DNA of 63,238 nucleotides, filler included, from Bigelowiella natans CCMP2755 (lineage: Eukaryota > Protista > Cercozoa), in the NCBI GenBank assembly GCA_000320545.1. It is 5 parts of 5 records of this genome, joined end to end, with 100 filler letters (N's around TTAATTAATTAA, not from the genome) between each part and the next. Parts side by side here need not be neighbours in the genome. Positions count along the whole stretch, not along the records: positions 32,008 to 47,217 come from ADNK01000151.1; positions 47,318 to 57,470 come from ADNK01001787.1; 3 more parts are not named here. One strand, written 5' to 3'. Of the stretch, positions 40,181 through 52,515 are shown in pieces. The position numbers were made by a program, and so were the translations under genes. The notes under the pieces were generated by a model, which saw nothing but the letters and a program-made list of their open reading frames with translations, was not told the DNA's origin and did no database searches. Each line of letters opens with the position of its first letter. The first letter of the stretch is position 1.

Positions 40181-42370
40181 ATGAGGAAGAGGCTCACCGG
40201 AAAGTCAAGGCGGAGCACGACGTCCAAACGGGACAGAAGGAAAAAAGGCGATAAGGAGAAGGAGAAGAAGAAAAAGGAAGAGAAGTTGAGAGAAGCTCAG
40301 CTTAAATTAGAGGAACAGCAAAGAGAAGAGGCTAAAAAAAGGGAGGAAGAGGAGAAGAAAAGGCGAGAAGAAGAGCAGAGAGAAAGGCAGAAATGGCTAA
40401 AAAAGAAAGAAATAGAAGCAAAACAACGTGTAATTCCAACCCTGAGAACAGACTTATTGATTCGTTACCTCTGGAGGTTGCTACCTGTGGACGAACTAGC
40501 TGATTGGCGATGTAGTTACTGTGGCATCAAGAATGATTACCAAATGAAAGTCTGCGAGTATTGCCACTCAACGTGGAATGCGGGCCCTGCAGGCATAATA
40601 GTGCAATACGATCTGATTGAGGACCAAAAGATTAAGGTAAAAAAATTGTAATTATGAAGATTTTGTGATGATAAGATAACATAAATTTCCTCAGAAATTC
40701 ACTGGCGCTATCTATTGTGCACGATTTTCTCCTTGTGGTGGCCGCATTGCTGCAGGTTCCTCAGATGGAACGGTAGTGTCTGCCATCTTCATTGAGGTGC
40801 AAAACTCATCTGGTACTTTTGCCCAGGTTCGAATATGGTCCTCCACTGATGGAAAATTAATAAGGACTATGGATGACTCTCACAAAGGTGAAGCATTTCA
40901 ACTTGTCTTCGTCACTGAAAGCCATGTTATCATATATGTGGACCGTTTATCGCTCAGATTGGGTAAGATCTCTAGAGTATTCTAAGGATGGAAAGTACCT
41001 CCTCTCGAGTTCTCATGACAACAGCGCAAAGGTAGATTGTTGGCAAAGACTTTGTTGGTGATAATGCACCAGTTTGATATGACCTATATCATGAAGGTAT
41101 GGAATGAATCGGATGGCGAAGTGGTAGAGTGTTATGTAGGTAATCACTGGTTGACTGGATCTTGCTTCGTTGGAACAGATCTCATAGCAGCTACATCACG
41201 CGATGGTCAGAACTTCTTTGTGTCTTGACTTTCGTGTGTCCCAAACAACCTCCTATATTCCACCAATCAGGTTCTTTTTTGATTTACAATCGTAAGAAAT
41301 CTAGGGAAGTTAAAACGATAAATCCAGAGAGCGGCTGGATGTTATGTACAGCAGTTTCTCCGTATGGAACGTATGTCGCGGCAGGGTACTATAGCAAAGA
41401 AGTCTCTACCAAGAGTGCTCGGAACCTAAATTTTCTTGAATTAAATTTCATCAGGTCTGGTTGGGGTCAAATTCATGTTTGGAACGTTGCTAACTTGAAG
41501 CTTCACAAGCTACTTTCCGTGGAAAGCGATCCTGTCGAAGTAGCGGAGCGAGTAGCTGCGATGAGGGATCATGAACGTGTAGTTTGGGATGCCAAGAAGG
41601 AGCTTGAACGTAAAAAGGAGATAGAACGTCTTGAAGCCCTACGTATGGCTGCTAAGTTTGAAGCCAGAATGCGAAAGCAGAAGGAACGAGAGAAAAGAAG
41701 AAAGGAATTAGAAGAACAGAGAGAAAAGGAAGCGAAGATGCGCATTGAACGGATGAGAAAGACAACCAAGAAGACCAGAAAGAAGAAAAAGAAGGGAGGC
41801 AGTCCGCGTCCTACACCATATAAACATATAGACCTCGAAGAAAAGCCTATCGAACTTCCTTCGGAAGAAAGCGAAGAAGAAGAGGACGAACCTATCGTGG
41901 TTAACGACGAAGTCATTCCGCCACTGCGCATTCTATGTATTACTTTCTCTCCCGATGGTCGGAAAATTGCATCCACAGGGCTCAATGGATGCATAAATAT
42001 ATGGAGGGCTTCGGATGGCAGGTTGCTGCAAACATTGGAAGGTCACAGTGAGCCTGTGACATGTATAACTTATTCCAAGGATGGCTCTCATATCATTTCG
42101 GGATCCCGGGATAAGGCCGTGAGGATTTGGTGCACAGGTGATGGTGTATGTCGATACACGCACAACGATCATGCAGACTGGGTCACATGCGTGGATTTTA
42201 GCCCATGTGGAAACCGGATCGTATCGGGCTCTGAGGATAATTTTATCATCCTCAAAAGTTTTGTGTGCGAGACTTGTCTAGGAGATGCTTTGGAGGATAT
42301 TGTAGCCGGGGGAGCCGCATCAGGCAAAGCAAAGATCGCGTACTACACTGCGTGGAGGAAGAGGGGCTGA
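40181..42370 (+). CDS. WD40-repeat protein with an N-terminal charged coiled coil and a RanBP2-type zinc finger, multi-exon
   Basis: WRCSYCGIKNDYQMKVCEYCHS zinc finger. WD repeats include FTGAIYCARFSPCGGRIAAGSSDGT|VRIW, GHSEPVTCITYSKDGSHIISGSRDKAVRIW and DHADWVTCVDFSPCGNRIVSGSEDN. Confidence 0.88.
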
Positions 42371-42720
42371 TAGTTACTTATTTGGTCGGAATCTATTGCA
42401 CCCGTTATTGATGTATTCTTCAGTTATCATGCGTCATTGATTGCTCTTTCCACGAAGCAATTAGAGACATTTTGCAGTGTGATGTGGACTAGAATCAAGC
42501 AGGTGTACCAAGTGCCTAACAGAGTAGACCTCCGCCAACAAGAGGAAGACACTGCATGCTACCGCAACACGCACATGTGAATATGCAAATGTGCGTGACA
42601 ACGCAATGAGCATGTTTTCACGATGTGCTAATGTGTACAAATGCACATGACGAGAGCGTTGATGACAAACATTGAATGGCATCAATCACAACTCTGACAA
42701 CAGGCTATCTAGCTATGTGT

Positions 42721-44240
42721 TCCTTGCACACACCGTGCTGTGGCGGCTACACTCACAGCAGCACGCAAAATCTGCATCCACTTGCACTTCAGCAAAGATC
42801 TTTTCGAAACCATCCAGCTAACAAACAACAACACTGTGCATGACACCCGTCCGTTGTGTGCACGCTCCTACGCATTCGTGGGCATGCTGCTGTGCGTGCA
42901 GCGCATGCGATGCTCATCATCGCGTGGCGTCTGCCATGTGAATGCGCCTTGTTTCCTAGCTGCTCTTCTAGTCTTGTCAACAACCTGCTGCCTAGCTGTG
43001 CTCCATCAGTCATCACTTTGCGCATCGATTGAGTGCACCCTTTCACGGGCGTGAAAGTGATCCGACTCAAAATCAAGTTCACTCAGACAGTGAGTGATGC
43101 ACTTTCCCGAATCCTGCTCCTTGTGTCGATCTGTGATGGTGATGGTTGATGCCTCACCCCCCTTGGTGACCTTGTCTAGTTGTTCTCTCGGTCCAGCTCG
43201 TTCGGGAGGAGGAGGCGTTCTGCAAAACTCACTTTTGTCAATCACAGCGCCATCAGTGTTCCCATCATCAATGAACGCAATGATGATCAATGATGATGAA
43301 CCATGCTGGCATGTTTCCAGTGTTGCAAGACACTTGCAGTGTGCGAAACGCAGTGCCTCGAACTAGCTCAAGTGAGGTCCAATCTGAGTGCGAACTTCCT
43401 GAAGGCTGCACCCACTTGACGGAAGACGATCCACGGTCTCGTCCTCCGTCGCGATCTCCATCCCTGCACTCTCGGTTGTTCCGAATGGAATCGCGCAATC
43501 CCTGACCCTGTCCCGTGCGCGATTGCATTCGGAACAACACTCATCCTTGCAGGTTTCATCCCGGAAGAACCTGACAACACAGATCCAAACATCCTTCGTT
43601 TGGCAACCAAGTCACCGGTGGCTGGGGCGACACTTCTGTCTGTCCCACCGGTGAACAGGAATGTGGTTCAGGGATGGGGGGAAAAGCCACCCTCGTGACC
43701 GAAACCCCCCCCCGCCCATCATCACCGCATCGGTCGGAGTGCGACAATGAACAAAATGAACAATGAACAATGATGATGAACCACATTTCCAAAATGCAAC
43801 AAGACACATTTGCAGTGTGCGAAATGCAGTGCCTCGAACTAACTTTGGTGAGGTCTAACTAGTGAAACCATGAGGAATGAAGAATGGCATTCTAGCCACT
43901 CCTCCGTTCCTAGTTTCATTGTCTTCAGTGCCTGACATTTGCCAACTTCAGGACCACGCATCCCTGAATCCTGCCGTGATGGTTTGCTCATGCTTGGAGA
44001 TCACCAAGCAAGAACACCACACCTACGAACCCCAAGCGAACAATCCCGTGGACCACACCTTCATGGTCTGCTTCATACCTACCACAACATCCCCGGCTTT
44101 TGCGGAGACATTGCCCTCACTGGAAGGCATGAAGATGGAGGAGGATGCATTCTTCGTTCCTAGTCCACTTGGACAACGAGCTTCATTGTCATGAGATTCG
44201 TCACATTGACAGATGCCGGAAAAAACAGATGAACAAAGGC
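42721..44240. mobile_element. TpA-depleted degenerate repeat island 2, containing a direct-repeat-bounded structured unit
   Basis: 17 TA dinucleotides in about 1520 bp, 16 of them in CTA (9 CTAG), and none at all in 43366-43839. Direct repeats at 43288-43382 and 43768-43858. Confidence 0.6.
43288..43858. repeat. Imperfect ~95-bp direct repeats (43288-43382 and 43768-43858), 480 bp apart
   Basis: Both copies read caatgatgatgaacca...tttcca...caagacac..ttgcagtgtgcgaaa(c/t)gcagtgcctcgaacta(g/a)ct...gtgaggtc(c/t)aa. Confidence 0.9.
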
Positions 44241-44741
44241 CGTTTATCTCCTGCGACATCAGTTTCTGGATCGTGATGCAAGGATAATGATTGATCGAAC
44301 CACTGATCATATCTGGATACGCACACAACACAGAAGAAGCCATGTCCGAGGAAGGGAAAATGTAATTGGGATAAGGGTGTTCGCAAGGAGATGTCTCTAT
44401 AGCGGAAATGGGGGAGTAGAGCATTCGGCAGCATTCGATGCGCACATTGTTTTGGTGTACTGATCGAATTTGTTGTGTGTGTGTGTGTGTGTATTGTGCT
44501 GTGTGATTAATATTTACTCGAAGACCGAACGATATAGACAACTCAGACGATTCAACTGACCAAACACAATCGCTCTTGACGGCCAGTGCAAATGGTGCGG
44601 CCCCGCGCTCAAACGCAACAGAGATATATTCAAACAAAAAGCTATTAATGATTTTATGTGTATATTTTGTATGTGCATTCGTGCACATGTGTTTGTGTTG
44701 GTGCGTGTGTGTTTGTGTCTACCTGCCTGCCTGCCTGCCTG

Positions 44742-44844
<103 letters not shown>

Positions 44845-45063
44845 AAGAGAGAAGTACATGCATTGTTTGTACGTGAGAAGAGAGTGAAGATAAGGCCCAC
44901 CACTCAATAACTATTCTATCCATTCTCATGCCCACCCCTACCACATACATCGGTCGATCAGTCGAAAAACTGAGCGACAGTATTGTGAGCATGATGAACG
45001 TAATATTCTGGGAACAAGCTGCTGCTGCTGCTGCTGCTCTGCTGCTACCCCCTGATTTCGTTA

Positions 45064-45736
45064 GATCGTTCCTCCTCCTCCTCCACGGCGTATAGCACAT
45101 TCGGCCAGAGTCCCCAAGTTCCAGTCGACATTGTATCAACACAATATGCACAGACACACACACATTTGCGAATCCATACCGCGGACGTGCGCGATTTCTA
45201 ATCCGTACTCCGCCCTTGACTACCACCACCTACCGGGAAATGAATCAGGTCATGGAACCCGATCAGAAAGTAGGTGCTGCCCTGGCAGGATCAGGGATGG
45301 TGGCTTGGACGTCTCCAGAAAACGCCATTCAGGTCTTCTTCCAAGTGCAACTTACACTATACTACTACGCCTATCAAGTACAGATGCATCATGATGCGAC
45401 AGAATATACGCCGCAACAACAAGCGTAGCACTACGAGCAACAGAAACTGCTGCCGATGCGTCATAGCGAATGGTCATCACTCTGCGTCGGAGGGAGTGCT
45501 ATTGCATCGTTTGCTATTGCATTGTTTACTACTGCATTGTTTTTGTCAAGTCCGAAGAAGGTGGTAGAGTCCCATAACGTCATTTGCTGGCTGGCTAGCT
45601 GACGGTCTCTTCCTTGGCGGTGTGTTTTGCTATATTTTCGCAGAGTGCTTTGGGGCTAGGGCACTCACCTGGAGATAATCTTCAATTCATTGCCAACATC
45701 GGTTACTACAAGAGAGATTACACACTACATTTTGAA

Positions 45737-45780
<44 letters not shown>

Positions 45781-46054
45781 TATATACATATTGTGTGTGT
45801 GAGTGTGTATTTCTGTCTCCTTTCTATCCTGATCCCTTGTGTATGGATGTGTTTGGTTTGGGGACATTAGATAGGAAGGACTTTATTTCCATGTTTATCT
45901 CATGCTGCCTAACAACACCGTGACATTTCTTCCACCTCGTGTCTGATATTGTTGGGTACTATTGAAATCACCATTTATGTGAAACTTGGAAGAGGGGAAA
46001 TGCTATTACTACGCCGCGGTATTGTGTGTGTTTGTGTGCGTATGCGTATGCGTA

Positions 46055-46092
<38 letters not shown>

Positions 46093-46271
46093 TTTAAGTG
46101 TCACGCACTAGCGATTATTCTAGAAGACAAAATACACTTAGTTCTGCAAATATTTAATTCTGTTCTACCGAAAATGCTCTAGTAATAAAAAATGAAAAGA
46201 AGGTGCATTCTTTCATACATAAAAACTCACGTACAGAGAGATATATTATAACATGTATACATGTATATATG

Positions 46272-46326
<55 letters not shown>

Positions 46327-46820
46327 AGATTTATTGTTGCTAATCTTTGTACTGCTACTATTTGTTTGCAGGGAGAGGACACAGAGCCGAACGGCGTTGT
46401 ATACAGAGTGATGAAGGTGGAAAACATGATCTAAACAGCTATGATATCACGATCTCAGACGCATTAATAGCCGCGTAATAATCAACAAATGCATACTTTT
46501 GTGTGTGTGATATGTAATCTTCAGAAGAAGGCAGCGGGGGATGGTAAGGTTGGCGAAAACAACGGCGAGCAACAGGTTCTGGCAAACTCATTAACAATAG
46601 ATACACGATGTAAGATAGCACTACTACTACATACGGCAACCTTATACAGCATCTCCTTTGCAAAAGACAGCTTACGATATGACCTCAATAATCATCAACG
46701 CATGCTGAATCACACGTTCATATGTATATATTATATATATTGATGTATATATATATATATATATATTTATTTATTTATATTTGATATTGAATAGGGCCTC
46801 GTGTCTGGAATGCCTTCAGG
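45064..46820 (+). CDS. Possible multi-exon hypothetical protein
   Basis: Protein-like GT/AG-bounded segments such as YREMNQVMEPDQKVGAALAGSGMVAWTSPENAIQVFFQVQLTLYYYAYQ and SALGLGHSPGDNLQFIANIGYYKRDYTLHFE. No family recognised. Confidence 0.3.
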
Positions 46821-47217
46821 TGATGGATGAACTTCATCGACAGATATTTCATAATATGTTTATATATGTGCCCGTGCATTATTAACTACTACCACACTAA
46901 CAAACGCTGAAGAAGACGACATGCAACTGACTACGAATATTCCAATCTAGGAGAGGGAGAGGGGGGCGACGTTGAGCGGGGAATCGAAGCTGGTGTTGCC
47001 AGGCAGTCAAGCAGACGACAGGTGCGTGGCAATACGCACAGCGTATCCACTGCGCGCACGTGCGCGCGTCTGTGTGTGTGTGTGTGAGTGTGTGAGTGTG
47101 TGAGTGTGTGAGAGTGTGTGTGTGTGTGAGTGTGTGAGTGTGTGAGTGTGTGAGAGTGTGTGTGTGTGTGAGTGTGTGAGTGTGTGTGTGTGTGTGAGTA
47201 TCACGTTATGTGTCGTC

Positions 47218-47317
47218 NNNNNNNNNNNNNNNNNNNNNNNNNNNNNNNNNNNNNNNNNNNNTTAATTAATTAANNNNNNNNNNNNNNNNNNNNNNNNNNN
47301 NNNNNNNNNNNNNNNNN
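47218..47317. other. Assembly gap with TTAATTAATTAA linker
   Basis: 44 N + linker + 44 N. Confidence 0.97.
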
Positions 47318-48199
47318 TCGTGTGGGAGGAGGGGGGGGGGATGGCAGTTTATCGGCATAAGAGATGAACCATTTGTGGGTGTTTTCTGCCGTCTCCATGT
47401 CGAGTATAGTCTTTGCATGTGCTGCATTATGGTGTGATATTGTTGTTGTTGTATTACCTCGCATCAACGACAGCAGCTGCGAAAGGAGGAGGAGGAGGAG
47501 GAGGAGGAGGAGGAGGAGGAGGAAGAGGAGAAGGAGGAGGAGGGGGAGGAGGAGGAGGAGGAGGAGAAGGAGGAGAAGGAGGAGGAAAATAAGAAGAGAA
47601 AGAAAACCAAGAAGATACAATATCTCTGGGAAGTGGAGAAGTCTGATCTATCAGTCGTCATCAGGGAAATGATAGATCCGGTTGCTAATTGCTATTACTG
47701 CGCCTCTGCTTCCTGTGTTGATGAGTCATTGTGATATCATTTTCTACCTTCTTTATCATTGTTACTAACTCGCAACGCCTTTTCATGTAGCTCTGAGCTG
47801 GGTTTCTCTTTTCTCCCCATCTCCCTCCTACCCCTCCTCCTCTCCCGCCTTTTTATCGTATATCCGAGGAAGCTTACCTCATGATGCACACGTGATGATG
47901 CGTTAATGTGATTGTTGTCGTCGCCGTTGGCGGTCGTGGTGGTGAATGTGGGCCGTGATCATACATTTCGATGTTACTATCAGAGATTCCTTGTAGTCTT
48001 AAGGAAGGAGATTGAAAGGTAGTTCAGAGCAAGGATCATCGTATCTCATCGATCTTCAAACCTACCTATTCTTCTCCACCTTTCATTTGAGCCCTTGCTC
48101 ACCTGCGAACATACACATACCAAAAACCTTTCTTCTTCTTCTTCTTCTTCTTCCTCATCATCATCTTCTGCTGCTGCTGCTGCTTCTTCAATGCTTCAA

Positions 48200-48410
48200 G
48201 GTGTACGGGTGTGACGGGTACTGCTGAGCTTGAAAAATCGGATCTGGAGATGATTTCGAAACATTTCAAGAATAAACAGCTGCTATGGAATATAAGCTCA
48301 ATGCTGGATGTGCTAGGGTCATATTTTTATTAATAATAGTGTAATAATATAGAATCACAATAGAGAATCACAATGGTAAGACAAAAGAGCCACATGTGTT
48401 TGTACGCGTG

Positions 48411-48450
<40 letters not shown>

Positions 48451-48728
48451 TGTGTTTGTGTGTGTTTGAATGGTTGTGATCGCGGATAAGAGCATGAGTT
48501 TAAGTGGAAGGTGAGTTGCGACCTAATGGTGATGCATGCCCACTTAAAAATTTCATCGACGCAGTAGCGCACTTGGAAGTTGCCGTTTATGAGTATGAAA
48601 TCTTGAACAACAATCACAGATGGAACAGAGGTGCCTTCTATAGGGCAATTATGAAAGAAGAGCCTCCACAGAGTGCGACATCAGACGATTTCGGATACAC
48701 ACAAGAACAGCTATCACGCTCTAGCTAG
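48200..48728 (+). CDS. 3' exons of a hypothetical protein
   Basis: GTAELEKSDLEMISKHFKNKQLLWNISSMLDVL and EGELRPNGDACPLKNFIDAVAHLEVAVYEYEILNNNHRWNRGAFYRAIMKEE...SS*. Confidence 0.35.
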
Positions 48729-49077
48729 TAACTCGCAAGCGGCGCTGTGGAAGAACTTCCGAAAGTTTCTCATTGCAATACGGCCTATACCATGCAAATC
48801 GATGGCGGTCATGCCAGGCTCGATCGCTGCTTGTGCTGGCGATGAGGTGCAGACTAAATAGACCTTGTAAGCGGGATGACTTTCCCACTAATAAACCTGC
48901 ATTTCCGGCGAAATAACAGCCATGTACATGTGAGCCAGGCTAGGATGCTACGCCGTGTTATATGGGTACAGACGCTTTCCTATCAAGGCATTATCGTGCT
49001 CTTGATGAGTATTGTTTTGAAAACATGCATCACATTAGCGCTGTAGCCGCTGCATTGCACAGCTACATGCTAGCATA

Positions 49078-49290
49078 AGGATGACCATTGAACAAGCTAA
49101 GTTGATTGATTACAACCGTCTTACGGCTAGACGGCACTAGTTTATTATGCTATACTATGCATGTGCATGTATGACAAAATAAGATATGTGTGATGACGAG
49201 CTGCCTTTGTATGCCTATGATATCGTTCATCGTTTATATGTGCGAGACGGATGTAAGACGAATGTAATGAATCAATTAGATTTGTTCAAT
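49078..49290. mobile_element. MITE-like element with ~38-bp imperfect terminal inverted repeats
   Basis: 49087-49124 (attgaacaagctaagttgattgattacaaccgtcttac) is the imperfect reverse complement of 49253-49290. A third copy of the arm lies at 56230-56276. Confidence 0.65.
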
Positions 49291-49763
49291 TTTTTACATG
49301 TGTAGCGCTCTGCTTTACGTGAATCGGTGTTGTTCTAAATTTAGATTTGATAATTTTGGCAGCGCTCGCAGCATGCAACGCATACTAGTCACTACAATCA
49401 TTGACATGCTGCTGATGCCAAATGTGGAACGCCTTCACTACGAAGACAAATATACATTATATGACCACTTTCTCGCATGCTTTGCTATGCTCAGCGCTCG
49501 TGCTTGCATGTAAGGTACGTTATTGTATAGCATTATCAGCCGTACTTACTTGTTGTGCATTCAGGCACATGCTAAATGCGTCGGCACCACATTTAATCCA
49601 ATACACAAATGCTAGGGCAGCGGATTGCGCCGTGCTACGCGTACGTGGAGATGCTCGTTCGTTCTACAGCATCCCTGTGTTGATTATTCTTCATTTGCGG
49701 CCTGACTGCTAAGTTAAGCTAAGCACATTCGGCAATGACGCTTTGCCAATGCCGGCATCAAAA

Positions 49764-51427
<1,664 letters not shown>

Positions 51428-51725
51428 CTGTGTGATTATGTTGATCAAAATGTGTCTGTGCTTTCGTGAGTTGGTTGGTGTGTGGATTTGATGATATATC
51501 GACTAAAACAGGTGTATTCGATGGAGCTTCGCGTTGTTCCTCTCTTGGCTCGCTCTGGCGGTTATTAATTCTTTCCACAAGGAAGAAAGAGAGGAAGTTA
51601 TCGTGGCTTGTTTGGACTCTCTTTGAATACAGCTTTTACGTAAACTGCACTCCGCTAAGGATAAAAGTGGTCGTGAAATCCTTTTTTTTCTTTCCGTCAT
51701 TCCCGTTTTTCTCTTCTATTCTTAC

Positions 51726-52100
51726 CTCGGCGAGCTTTCGTTTCTTTTGCCTCGGAAAATGTGAATTCGCATGCAAAATTTTCATGGAAGCACTGTTGAT
51801 ACCATAAAACATCCAGCATTTTAAGTACTGGCAGGTATAGAAAGAGAAGAAGAGAAAGAGGCCCCAGCTCCCTCTCATGCAACCATGTATACTTATATGT
51901 TTTTAAAAGTTGTAAAGGTAACGCATATCACTGTTCCCGCTTATTCGTTCATTTTTCCATAATATATAAGTAGCGGCCTTTATCTGACCACCTTTTTGTT
52001 CTGCTTATGCGCTCCGTCGCACTGGTATTTGGTGATCTTGAACGTATTGCCTTTGATCATGGAGACGTTGAACCTGCGATAGATCCCCATTGTCATATGT

Positions 52101-52147
<47 letters not shown>

Positions 52148-52471
52148 AGAGAAGAGCGTGCGAAGATGGGGGGAAGGGAGGAAGTCACTCAAAGGGACAA
52201 TGGTTTACCAGCACCAAAACATTTTATCATCCGAGTTGAGTCTATCTTCGTCGTAGAATGTGAATTTGACATCGCCTTCTAAGTCCAGATCGCACGGCAA
52301 GTCTACATTTCCCTTGCCCTTGTACTTGTGGGTCTTGCTGTGCTTCTTGCTTTGGTAGATGGTCTAGGAGGAAGGAGGAGGAGGAGGAGAAGAAGAAGGA
52401 GAAGAAGGAATAAGGGCGTGAATGAAACGCCATTTGTGCGTGTGTACATGCGTGAGAGAGATAGTGAGAGT

Positions 52472-52515
<44 letters not shown>

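Noticed and set aside
43289-43387. Box C (ATGATGA) and box D (CTGA) spacing suggestive of a C/D snoRNA
   Set aside because: There is no terminal stem, the second repeat copy lacks the D box, and ATGATGA is common in this (ATG)n-rich genome.
47070-47197. Periodic TGTGAG/TG array resembling a telomere-like or spaced repeat
   Set aside because: It is a compound microsatellite beside a contig end with no unique spacers, so it is neither CRISPR nor a clear telomere.
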